Shown here piece after piece: positions 49,281 through 58,739 of a stretch of 64,000 nt of DNA. The translations under genes were made by a program, and so were the position numbers. Within the stretch, counting starts at the first letter, position 1. Each line of letters starts with the position of its first letter. Below the pieces are notes generated by a model. The model had not been told where the DNA came from. It made no database searches and saw only the letters and a program-made list of their open reading frames with translations. The stretch covers positions 631 through 64,630 of the forward strand of contig JADBYQ010000010.1 of the NCBI GenBank assembly GCA_020402945.1, given 5' to 3'. The stretch is from Cytophagales bacterium (lineage in GTDB: Bacteria > Bacteroidota > Bacteroidia > Cytophagales > Cyclobacteriaceae).

Positions 49281-50603
49281 ATGACAAAAGTTCTACTTTC
49301 CATTTCTCTTTTCCTGGTCGGTTTCGTCAGCTATTCGCAAGTACCAACTATAAGCGACAGTACTATAAATGCAAACACCAACTTTCACTTTCAGTTGACG
49401 AGTGTAACACAATATAAATTTGCACTACCTCCAACTTATGAAGGAGCCAACAGTCTTTCTGTGGGCGATGAATCGGCCAGCACATTAACGGCCACCATCT
49501 TTTGGGGTACCAAACTCTGGAAGGGAGCTGCTGTCTATATTAACCCCGAAGTAGCAGGCGGCAGTGGAATCAGCAGTGCCAAAGGAATCGCTGCCTTTAC
49601 AAATGGAGAAGCTTTTCGGGTAGGCGACCCAGAACCGAAAATTTATGCCGCTCGGGCTTTTTTGAAGCAAATCATCAACCTTGGAGGGGAATTAGACTAC
49701 ATCGGAGAAGGCGCCAACGAAGTATATAAAACCAGATCAAGAAAATATCTAATGGCGGTAGCGGGAAAATTCAGTATTGCCGACTTTTTTGATAACAACT
49801 CGTACAGTCACGACCCCCGATCACAATTTCTCAACTGGGGTCTGATGAGTAACGGAGCGTGGGACTATCCTGCAAATGTGAGAGGATACACCTTGGGCGC
49901 AATGCTTGAGTATGGAGATAAAAACTTCAAAATACGAGGAGCAACGACTTTGGTTCCAAAAGAGGCAAATGGAAACGATCTTGATTTGAATATCGGCCAA
50001 GCAAACTCAAGCGTGATCGAGTTTGAAAAGCCAATAAAACTAGTTGAAAGGAAAGGTATTATCAGGGTACTCGGCTTCTACACCTCTGCCAAAATGGGTG
50101 TCTATAATCAGGCTACAAGTCAATCCCCCATCAACCCAGATATTACAAGCACGCGTAAATACGGTAGAAATAAGTATGGAATGGGAATCAACTTGGAACA
50201 AGAAATTGCAAAAGGAATAGGTTTTTTTACTCGAGCCAGTTGGAACGATGGTAAAAATGAAACGTGGGCGTTTACTGAAATCGATCATTCGGCAAGTGCT
50301 GGCGTTGTAATACAGGGTGTGCGCTGGAAAAGAGCTAACGATGTTTTCGGAATTGGATCGGTGGCTAGCGGGCTATCGCAAGAGCACAAAAACTACCTGG
50401 CCGCAGGTGGGTATGGATTTATTATTGGCGATGGACGATTAACCTATGGAGCTGAATGGATTACTGAACTCTACTATAAAGCAAAGTTATTCTCTGATAC
50501 GTTTTACCTAACTGCGAATTACCAATATGTAACTAACCCGGGCTATAATATGGAACGTGGACCCGCACACGTTATCGGTCTTCGCGCTCACGTTGAATTT
50601 TAA
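49281..50603 (+). CDS. Carbohydrate/Mn2+ porin (OprB/MnoP-like)
   Basis: HFQLTSVTQ, INPEVAGG-GIS-GIAAFTNGE, AWDYPANVRGYT, NPGYN-RGP and terminal VEF; TAAGTTTG -7 element at 49233-49240. Confidence 0.8.
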   Translation: MTKVLLSISLFLVGFVSYSQVPTISDSTINANTNFHFQLTSVTQYKFALPPTYEGANSLSVGDESASTLTATIFWGTKLWKGAAVYINPEVAGGSGISSAKGIAAFTNGEAFRVGDPEPKIYAARAFLKQIINLGGELDYIGEGANEVYKTRSRKYLMAVAGKFSIADFFDNNSYSHDPRSQFLNWGLMSNGAWDYPANVRGYTLGAMLEYGDKNFKIRGATTLVPKEANGNDLDLNIGQANSSVIEFEKPIKLVERKGIIRVLGFYTSAKMGVYNQATSQSPINPDITSTRKYGRNKYGMGINLEQEIAKGIGFFTRASWNDGKNETWAFTEIDHSASAGVVIQGVRWKRANDVFGIGSVASGLSQEHKNYLAAGGYGFIIGDGRLTYGAEWITELYYKAKLFSDTFYLTANYQYVTNPGYNMERGPAHVIGLRAHVEF

Positions 50604-50639
50604 ATGAGGGAGCAATTGTCGGAAATAGCGTGGGTAAAA

Positions 50640-51098
50640 CTAGCCAACCGCCAATTTAACTTTTACAGCATTTGGCCCTTTGTGGCCCATCTCTACTTCA
50701 AAAGTTACTTTGTTGTTGTCTTTGATAGGATCTAGTAAACCATTTGCGTGCACAAAAATGCTTTCCTGTGTTTCAGAATCTTTAATAAAGCCGTAGCCCT
50801 TAGAATCATTAAAGAAGGTAACAATTCCCTTGCGTAGGGTGTCTTGCACTACATCAACCCGCTTTGGTACTCCAATTTGAATATCCTCAGCGCGGACAGT
50901 ATCCTTTCTGCGAATGGCAGATGGAGGTGTAGAACTTAGATTTCCATACTCATCCACGTAGGCGATCATATCGTCAAAACTGGTACTTTCCTTGGCATTG
51001 GCTTTCCGCTCCTCTTTCTTTTGTTCCTTGTCCTGCCTTTTCTTCAGGCGCTTCTTCTCCATTTCCTTTTTGTTCCAGGTGTCTTGCGATTTAGCCAT
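50640..51098 (-). CDS. Cold-shock domain protein with charged N-terminal extension
   Basis: MAKSQDTWNKKEMEKK start; GIVTFFNDSKGYGFI...FVH RNP motifs. Confidence 0.92.
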   Translation of the reverse strand: MAKSQDTWNKKEMEKKRLKKRQDKEQKKEERKANAKESTSFDDMIAYVDEYGNLSSTPPSAIRRKDTVRAEDIQIGVPKRVDVVQDTLRKGIVTFFNDSKGYGFIKDSETQESIFVHANGLLDPIKDNNKVTFEVEMGHKGPNAVKVKLAVG

Positions 51099-51349
51099 AG
51101 TTAATAGTAGAGGTTGATTTACTGCAAGGTACGATTTCAAACAGAAATCTCTATCATTCGAGGAAAAGTAGGTCGCTATTTGAACATAAAGCCAAAAATA
51201 GTTTCGGAAGGCCAAACGAAATAACAAAATAAGCCCCTCTCGAACCTTCAGTATGAAGCTAAGTTCGCAACCAGCACCATTTAAGGCGAATTGAATCGGT
51301 TGGACTTCTAAATCTCTACTAGTCGACTTTGCGCAACCGATCCACTACC

Positions 51350-53602
51350 TCAATACATATAACCCAACGAAAAGAAGAACGTTCTTCCATCGCCTGGCAA
51401 AAGGCCTGGCCCCGGATAGCCGCCAGACCTTCTGGTAAAGTAATGCACGTCTCCCAGATTATTGGCGCCTACTTTTATCTTCACACCCGTTTTGTGCTGG
51501 TAGCTGATCGTAAGATCATCAACGGTATACCCAGGGATTATCCCATTTTGTCCATTGGCGGTCGGTGTTACAGTATTATTTGCATCTGTAAACACTTTAT
51601 CAGTATAGCTGCGCTGGAGCGTGGCAGAAAAACTTTTATAGCTATAAGTTAACCCGGCACGGAAAATATTTTCGGGTGCATAGTCCACTTTTCTGTCTTT
51701 GTAGTTGCTTTCCGATAGCTGATTGTCGACAACCGTTACTACTCTGAAGCTATTGTAGCGAGCGTTGTTGTAGGCATAAGAAACAAAGAAAGAGAGATTC
51801 CCAAACATAGCTGGAATACCCATCGACTCGCTGATATCGTTCTCAGCAAAAATCTCTACACCGGTGGTTGTGGTGCTGCCCACATTTGTTCGGAGATTAA
51901 AAAAAGATCCATCTTGCCGCTGCTGCCGAATGGTGCCAATTCTGTTTTGGTAGTCGAGCAAAAACAAACTTACGTCAAATTTCAAATACTGCTTTACATT
52001 ACCGCGATATCCTACATCAACATTTAAGCCTTTTGCATCCGTCAGGTTAGTATCAATTACATCAGTGGTTGGTGCAGCTGTGAGATCAGCAAATTGAACT
52101 GCCCTATACGATTGAGTTGCATTTGCATAAAGTGAAGTAGTACGTGAAATAGAATATTCTGCTCCCAGACCAGCCAACAAAAATCCTCTGCTACGAGATT
52201 GATCTTGTATGGCAACAGGAACATTATTGTTCAATCCATTATAGCCACTCGCTTGAGAGGTAATGTATTCGTACCGAATGCCGGGCACCAACAGCAACTT
52301 ATCGGTTAGCTGAAAAAGATTTTCAGCAAAAACAGCCACGTTCCCACTTTGATAGTTGATGTCGCTAACCCAAAGAGTACCTTCTTTGCGATCGATTGAA
52401 TAGTCTGTCCCCGTTGTGCCAACACCACCTCGATATCTTAGTGTATTACCTCGGTACAGACGCAAACCAGCACTTAAATTACTTTGTTGTTTGCCAATAT
52501 TGTATTGAAGAAGGTACCGTGCCTCTGCGCCAAAATTTCTGTACTTATCAATATCAACGGTGCGTGAGTTATAGGTGCCGATCGTTGTGTTGATCGTATC
52601 TTTCACCAAGATGCCTCCACTTGGAAAGAAGCCCACACTATTTCTGTCGGCTACTATCCCGAACACTTTTACATTCAGGTGTTGATTACGGTTTATTTTA
52701 TATTCCGCAGTTATACCCGGGGTGAGCCAATCTAAGTCAAACCAATTTCTGGCTCTTAGACTTAGCTTAACATTTTGCAAAAACTGACTATCGGTAAGGC
52801 CACCTGCCTGCTGGCTACGACTAGCCCATTTTGTTATTTCTGTTGTTAGCGAGAATCGGTTAGAAATTTTATAAGTGATGGTACCAGATAAAGTGCCGCT
52901 AATGAATTGACTGTTGTCACGCCAACCATTGCCCGATCGGTGATCATAAAATGCGTAGTAGTTTATTTTTTTTGTGTTGCCACCTATCGCGTTGTAAGAA
53001 TTGAATAGACCATTGCTTCCCACTGTCTGGTTCGTCTCAAATTGAAATGGCTTCGTAAAGTCACTACCGTTCTTCAATATATAATTGACCATCCCACCCA
53101 ATTGAGGTCCGTATTGCAAAGAGCCATGTCCTCGCACAATTTCTATTCGCTGCACCGATTGAAGCTGTGGATTGTAGTAAGCCTCGGGATATCCAAATGG
53201 ATCGGCAGCAATGTCAAAACCATTTTGACGTATGTTGAATTCCCATGATCGGTTGGGACTTAAGCCTCTCGCAGCTATTCCTATTTGAATGCCGCTACTT
53301 TCACTTTCCCAAACAAAAATACCCGGAACCTTCCCTAACACCTGGCGCATTGTATTCGAGACAATGTTTCCTTGCACATTGTCCATCACCACCAGCGAGC
53401 TTTTTTTTCCGGCATAAATGGAAGTGCCAACGATCTGAGGAAGCTGATGAATATCTGACTTACTACCACGACCAACGAAGGTCAGCTCGGGAAGTATCTG
53501 TGTAGTTAATGTATCATTTTTAGTTACATCTTTTTGAGCGAAGCTGTAAGAAGTGATCAATGCAAAGGCCAGCGCAGCCAGGTGTCCATTTGGCAATTTC
53601 AT
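51350..53602 (-). CDS. TonB-dependent receptor (FecA-like)
   Basis: Plug IAARGLSPNRS, RIEIVRG-SLQYG-GGMVN; C-terminal VGANNLGD-YF...PGDGRTFFFSLGYMY. Confidence 0.93.
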   Translation of the reverse strand: MKLPNGHLAALAFALITSYSFAQKDVTKNDTLTTQILPELTFVGRGSKSDIHQLPQIVGTSIYAGKKSSLVVMDNVQGNIVSNTMRQVLGKVPGIFVWESESSGIQIGIAARGLSPNRSWEFNIRQNGFDIAADPFGYPEAYYNPQLQSVQRIEIVRGHGSLQYGPQLGGMVNYILKNGSDFTKPFQFETNQTVGSNGLFNSYNAIGGNTKKINYYAFYDHRSGNGWRDNSQFISGTLSGTITYKISNRFSLTTEITKWASRSQQAGGLTDSQFLQNVKLSLRARNWFDLDWLTPGITAEYKINRNQHLNVKVFGIVADRNSVGFFPSGGILVKDTINTTIGTYNSRTVDIDKYRNFGAEARYLLQYNIGKQQSNLSAGLRLYRGNTLRYRGGVGTTGTDYSIDRKEGTLWVSDINYQSGNVAVFAENLFQLTDKLLLVPGIRYEYITSQASGYNGLNNNVPVAIQDQSRSRGFLLAGLGAEYSISRTTSLYANATQSYRAVQFADLTAAPTTDVIDTNLTDAKGLNVDVGYRGNVKQYLKFDVSLFLLDYQNRIGTIRQQRQDGSFFNLRTNVGSTTTTGVEIFAENDISESMGIPAMFGNLSFFVSYAYNNARYNSFRVVTVVDNQLSESNYKDRKVDYAPENIFRAGLTYSYKSFSATLQRSYTDKVFTDANNTVTPTANGQNGIIPGYTVDDLTISYQHKTGVKIKVGANNLGDVHYFTRRSGGYPGPGLLPGDGRTFFFSLGYMY

Positions 53603-53605
53603 GTA

Positions 53606-53665
53606 TTATTTAGAATGATTATAAACAATGCAAGGTAGCTCATTATTCATAACTATTCTAAATAA
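53606..53665 (-). promoter_or_regulatory. Two inverted Fur-box-like operators upstream of the TonB receptor
   Basis: TTATTTAGAATGATTATAAA (53606-53625) and the reverse complement of 53646-53665, TTATTTAGAATAGTTATGAA. Confidence 0.5.
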
Positions 53666-53824
53666 TGCAATAAAAATACGTTAACTATCACTTAATGAAT
53701 AGTTTGCATTTTTTTGGCAGTAAGTATCCTTTCTAAGTGTTGAACGCTTCTTCGGCTATCTGGCCAACAAGGACAACAGAAAAAGACAAAATAAAAACCG
53801 TCTCCTGAACTATAGCCTAACTGT

Positions 53825-56800
53825 TCATTTCTTCTTGTCAATAATCGCTTTCATTTGTTTATTCATCAATACAGGATTGATCGCATCGATGCCTGTCTTG
53901 AGTGTGGTTTCCAATTTTCCAAGATGGCTATCCAGTTCTTTGTTAAGTTCTTCAAAAACTTTGTACGCACCAGCTGTAGGTTTGCCATCGCCTGTCTCCA
54001 AACTTCTTCTTAAAGCAGAAAGACGATTACCTAACTTGATGGGGAAGTTCAGTGGGTCCTGGCCGCTGCGGTTTTTGGTCTGATACAAATCTTCTTCGAT
54101 AGTAGTTATCTTGGCAATCAGTTCTTTCGCTGATGCTGAGAAAGTTGGATCGTTGACTTCTTTGGCTCGCTCTTCAATTTGCTTTTTCAAATCTCGTATG
54201 CGGATCACGGCTTCGTTGGCAGCCGATTCGCGGTCACGGATCTTAATCGCTAAGTCGAACGTCTCTTTCAAATCTGCGTCACTCACTCCCTTTACGTTCG
54301 GATTCATTTTTACATTGAATGAATATGTTTGCGAATAGCTCCCAGCTTTAAAGCGAACCTGATATTTTCCAATGGGTGCCTCAGGTCCATTCTGCGGACG
54401 GGCGCCCCAGATGATGATGCCATCAAAAATAGTTGCGCCTTCATAACGGCCATTCCATCTAAAAGTATTCAATCCCGCGGCAGCGGTTGGCTTGCTGTCG
54501 CCACCACCCCAAAAGTCTCCGGCAATCGGTTTCTCTTCGGACTTTGTGCCAATGAACTTGCGCACCAGATTTCCATTGGCGTCTAAAATTTCAATTTTAA
54601 CCGTGTCGACTTTGTCTTTTAGATAATATTGAAAAGCCGCATCGTACACACCGCGAATCGCATCACTCGGCTGAAACAGAATCGCATTTTGTTTCATCAA
54701 CTCAGGTGTGAGTTGACGCAGTGGATTGATGTCATCCAAAATCCAAAACCCACGACCGTGTGTTCCTAATACCACATCATCGTTCTTGACTACTAAATCG
54801 CGAATAGGTGTATCGGGTAAATTTAATTGAAGTGGTTGCCAGTTATCGCCCGCGTTGAACGACACATACGCTCCATGTTCTGTTCCTAGAAACAAAAGTC
54901 CAGGACGGACATGGTCTTCACGAACTGATCTGGAGAAATGCCCGTCTTTAATTCCGGTTACAATCTTCGCCCATGTTTTCCCAAAATCTGTCGTTCTAAA
55001 AACATAAGGCTGGCGATCATCTACTTGATAACGGAACGCAGCGACATACGCAGTGCCTGCCTTGTGCCGAGATTCATCGATGATGGCAACCACAGAATTT
55101 TTAGGCAAATCTTTTGGTGTGATGTTCGTCCAGCTTTTTCCGCCATCGCGCGTGATGTTTATTTTTCCGTCATCAGAGCCGGCCCAAATGGTATTCACAT
55201 CGTGAAACGAAGGAGCAAGTGCAAATACAGTCGCATAAATTTCCGGACCGTTCATATCGCGCGTGATTTCTCCACCAGATATTCCTAATGTCTCGGGATC
55301 AGCATAGGTTAAGTCGGGAGAAATTTTTTCCCAGCTCTGCCCGTCATCGGTTGTTTTCCACACGTGCTGCGAGCAGGTATATAAAATTTTTGAATCCTTT
55401 GGTGAAAATACAATTGGGAATGTCCATTGCCAACGCTCGGGAAGTGAACTCGCAGGCTCTCCAGAAAAAAATCTTGGATAAACTTGAATGTCGCGTGTCT
55501 GTCCAGTCGAAACATCTTTACGCGTGAGTAATGCACCCTGACTACCGGCATAATAAATATTTGGATTATCAGGATGAGAAGTGATGTAGCCACTTTCACC
55601 ACCGCCCACATCGTAACCCCAGGCACCCAGTACGTTCATGTGATTCCATCCTTCGCTTGGAACTGCAATGGTTGAGTTATCTTGTTGCGCGCCTGCCACA
55701 TGATAGGGAACATGGTTGGTGGTGGTAACATGATAAAATTGCGTGGTGATGTAATCTTCGTCTGTCCAGCTCTTACCTCCATTAACAGAAACGGAACCAC
55801 CTCCATCGTTGGACGTAATCATCCGTTGCGGATTGTTCGGGTCAATCCACAAATCGTGGTTGTCACCGTGAGGCACTTTTATCTCCGTGTCGAACTTCAC
55901 ACCGCCATCGGTCGATTTCCAAAAATCCACGTTCAAACAATAGACGGTCTCGCGATCAAATGGATCGGCATAAATGCGCGAATAGTAAAATGCCCGTTGG
56001 CGTAACTTCCTTTCATCATTTGTTTTCTTCCACGTGGCACCGGCATCATCACTTCGGTAGACTCCACCATCGTTCGCCTCTACAATTGCCCACAGTCTTT
56101 TGTTGTCAGCCGGTGAAACGGTGATTCCAATTTTGCCTAATGGTCCTTCCGGCATGCCGGGGTTTTTGGTCAATTCATTCCAAGTCTCTCCACCATTCTC
56201 AGATTTCCATAATTTACAGTCAGGCCCACCGCCCCACATCTTCCACGTTCTCCGGTAGACTTGCCAGGTTGACGCGTATAAGATTTTTGGATTCGTTCGA
56301 TCAATAATCAAATCAGCAGCTCCTGCTTTTGGGCTTACATATAAAACCTTCTTCCATGTGTTACCTCCATCGACAGATTTAAAAACACCTCGCTCTTCAT
56401 TATCACCGTAAGGATGACCAAGTGCAGCCACATAAACAATGTCAGGATTGGTAGGATGTACACGAATTCGAGAAATCGCTTGTGTTTCTTTCAGGGCGAG
56501 AGAGCGCCATGTTTTTCCACCATCGGTCGTTTTATATACCCCGTCACCTTGTGTGATGCTTCCACGAAGTTGTGTCTCTCCTCCCCCGATGTAGACAACA
56601 TCAGGATTGGTCTCGGCAACCGCCACAGCACCTATAGATGAAGAAGAAATTTGTCCGTCAGTTACAGGAGCCCATTCTTGTCCACCATCGGTCGTCTTCC
56701 AAAGTCCACCACCGGTGGCGCCAAAGTAATATTCATTGATTCTACCCGGGCTTCCGGACGCGCCCAAAGAACGCCCCCCTCGTGCCGGGCCAATGTTGCG

Positions 56801-56923
56801 CCATTTCAGTTTGTCGTAGTATTTGGGATCAACGGTACTGCCGCTTGCAGAAGCCTGTGTCTGGGCTTGAAGCAAAGGGATGGCAAACAGAAAAAAGAGG
56901 AGGAAAAGACCTGAGTTTTTCAT
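53825..56923 (-). CDS. Secreted VPS10/BNR-repeat glycosyl-hydrolase-like protein (second paralog)
   Basis: WRNIGPARGGRS, repeated TxDGGxTW Asp-boxes, PHGDNHDLWIDP and GAQQDNST. Confidence 0.85.
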   Translation of the reverse strand: MKNSGLFLLFFLFAIPLLQAQTQASASGSTVDPKYYDKLKWRNIGPARGGRSLGASGSPGRINEYYFGATGGGLWKTTDGGQEWAPVTDGQISSSSIGAVAVAETNPDVVYIGGGETQLRGSITQGDGVYKTTDGGKTWRSLALKETQAISRIRVHPTNPDIVYVAALGHPYGDNEERGVFKSVDGGNTWKKVLYVSPKAGAADLIIDRTNPKILYASTWQVYRRTWKMWGGGPDCKLWKSENGGETWNELTKNPGMPEGPLGKIGITVSPADNKRLWAIVEANDGGVYRSDDAGATWKKTNDERKLRQRAFYYSRIYADPFDRETVYCLNVDFWKSTDGGVKFDTEIKVPHGDNHDLWIDPNNPQRMITSNDGGGSVSVNGGKSWTDEDYITTQFYHVTTTNHVPYHVAGAQQDNSTIAVPSEGWNHMNVLGAWGYDVGGGESGYITSHPDNPNIYYAGSQGALLTRKDVSTGQTRDIQVYPRFFSGEPASSLPERWQWTFPIVFSPKDSKILYTCSQHVWKTTDDGQSWEKISPDLTYADPETLGISGGEITRDMNGPEIYATVFALAPSFHDVNTIWAGSDDGKINITRDGGKSWTNITPKDLPKNSVVAIIDESRHKAGTAYVAAFRYQVDDRQPYVFRTTDFGKTWAKIVTGIKDGHFSRSVREDHVRPGLLFLGTEHGAYVSFNAGDNWQPLQLNLPDTPIRDLVVKNDDVVLGTHGRGFWILDDINPLRQLTPELMKQNAILFQPSDAIRGVYDAAFQYYLKDKVDTVKIEILDANGNLVRKFIGTKSEEKPIAGDFWGGGDSKPTAAAGLNTFRWNGRYEGATIFDGIIIWGARPQNGPEAPIGKYQVRFKAGSYSQTYSFNVKMNPNVKGVSDADLKETFDLAIKIRDRESAANEAVIRIRDLKKQIEERAKEVNDPTFSASAKELIAKITTIEEDLYQTKNRSGQDPLNFPIKLGNRLSALRRSLETGDGKPTAGAYKVFEELNKELDSHLGKLETTLKTGIDAINPVLMNKQMKAIIDKKK

Positions 56924-56970
56924 TTCATTCTTAGTTTAGGTAATTAACAGAAACAAAGTAATCAAAAGGC

Positions 56971-57816
56971 GTGAATGAAAAAACGAGTATTTTTGGAGCC
57001 GTGGCTACAAAAAAAATCATCAAACGGATGCTCCTCATTCTTGCCTCATTGGCTTCGCTGGTCATAGCCTCCTCAGAACTATTCTATCTCTTTCCAGAAA
57101 AATTTGTTTTCCAACCTAAGATGCTGGCTGTTGACCACGTCTTTCAATTCGATCAGCCATTTGAAGAGCATTTTATAAAAACACCCGATGGCGAAACCTT
57201 AAACGCACTTCTCTTTAAATCCCCCACCCCATCTAAAGGGTTCATTCTATACTTTCATGGTAATTCGGGTAATTTGCAGCGTTGGGGGAAATATGCCATT
57301 GACTTCACTCAACTCGGTTATGATATTCTAATGGTAGAGTACAGAGGCTATGGAAAAAGTACAGGCAGGCCAAGCGAAGTCGACTTTTATGCAGATGCTC
57401 AAGTTGTTTTAGATTGGGCAAAAGGGAACATCCCTTTTTCACGTCTCGTCATCTATGGACGATCACTAGGCTCTGGCGTAGCCACTCAACTAGCTGTCAA
57501 GAATACCCCAGAACTCCTTATACTTGAAACACCGTTTAATGAATTGAGAGGCGCGATCAACACTCCGTTGCAGCCATTGCTATCTCTTTTCCCAGCACGG
57601 TACCACTTCCCGAACGATAAAAACATCTCGCTTCTCAAATGCAAAAAAGTAATTTTTCACGGAACACTTGATTGGGTTGTTCCCTTGTCATCAGCTCTCA
57701 AGTTAAAACCATTGTTGAGTCAGGGAGATCGCTTTTTTATTATTGAAGGTGGTGGACATAGAAACCTAAATAAGTTCAAAGAATTTCAAACCGGACTAGC
57801 AGAAGTACTGAATTGA
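56971..57816 (+). CDS. Alpha/beta hydrolase
   Basis: LYFHGNSGN, EYRGYGKS, nucleophile GRSLG, HGTLD and GGGH. Confidence 0.9.
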   Translation: MNEKTSIFGAVATKKIIKRMLLILASLASLVIASSELFYLFPEKFVFQPKMLAVDHVFQFDQPFEEHFIKTPDGETLNALLFKSPTPSKGFILYFHGNSGNLQRWGKYAIDFTQLGYDILMVEYRGYGKSTGRPSEVDFYADAQVVLDWAKGNIPFSRLVIYGRSLGSGVATQLAVKNTPELLILETPFNELRGAINTPLQPLLSLFPARYHFPNDKNISLLKCKKVIFHGTLDWVVPLSSALKLKPLLSQGDRFFIIEGGGHRNLNKFKEFQTGLAEVLN

Positions 57817-57918
57817 ATTTCCACTCTAAAAAGTTAGGTCTGCGTAAGACTGGCCTAATCGAAGTCGTTTAGCAACTCCAATTTCAACGACCATTTTCTT
57901 CCGGAAATATTTCCTATC

Positions 57919-58737
57919 TTGGCTTTAATGGTGTGGCTATTTTCTATCGCGGGTATCTATATAGGCTTCTGCCTATTCTTTTATTTTTTCCAACATCTCT
58001 TTTTTTTTCGTCCAGAAAAACTAACCAGAGCTTTTGAATATAAGTATGCTTTCCCCTTCGAAGAATTAGATTTTGAAATGGAAGATGGCGGGCGAATCAA
58101 TGCTATTTATTTTAAGGTGCCTAATTCAAGGGGAGTTGTTTATTACTTAAAGGGAAACTCTAAAAGCATCAAAGGGTGGGGAAAGTTTGCGAAAGATTTT
58201 TTGAGTAACGGGTATGATTTTTTTATGATGGACTATCGTGGCTTTGGTAAGAGCCAGGGGAAGCGAAGTCAGGAAAAAGTATTCAACGATGCTCAGTTTA
58301 TCTACAAATGGCTAACAAAAAGCTATCCTGAAGAAAAAATAGTTTTATACGGAAGATCTTGGGGCAGTGGTATTGCAGCGCGAATTTCCTCTTGGAATAA
58401 ACCTCGCATGCTCATTCTGGATTCTCCTTATTTTAGTTTCTTCTACAACATTAATCGGTATATATTTTTTACTCCTCTTCGGTGGATGCTAAAATATGAT
58501 ATCCGAACAGACCAATATTTAAAAACAACGGAATGCCCCATACATATCATCCACGGCACCAAAGATCGGCTCGTTTCTTTTGAACAGAGTGAAAAGCTAA
58601 AATCCCTGTACCCAGCTAAAATTGAGTTGCACGCAATAGAAGGCGCCCGCCACAACAACCTGCCCGATTACTCGGAATTTTTTGAAATCCTCTATTCGGT
58701 TCTGTATGTGAAACCCAAATCAGAAAAAGCAGAATAG
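57919..58737 (+). CDS. Alpha/beta hydrolase (tandem paralog)
   Basis: DYRGFGKS, GRSWG, HGTKD and GARHNNL. Confidence 0.9.
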   Translation: MALMVWLFSIAGIYIGFCLFFYFFQHLFFFRPEKLTRAFEYKYAFPFEELDFEMEDGGRINAIYFKVPNSRGVVYYLKGNSKSIKGWGKFAKDFLSNGYDFFMMDYRGFGKSQGKRSQEKVFNDAQFIYKWLTKSYPEEKIVLYGRSWGSGIAARISSWNKPRMLILDSPYFSFFYNINRYIFFTPLRWMLKYDIRTDQYLKTTECPIHIIHGTKDRLVSFEQSEKLKSLYPAKIELHAIEGARHNNLPDYSEFFEILYSVLYVKPKSEKAE

Positions 58738-58739
58738 AT

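Noticed and set aside
17070-56923. Two VPS10/BNR giant proteins as a novel system
   Set aside because: They are 33 kb apart with no shared neighbours; multi-copy VPS10/BNR proteins are commonplace in Bacteroidota.
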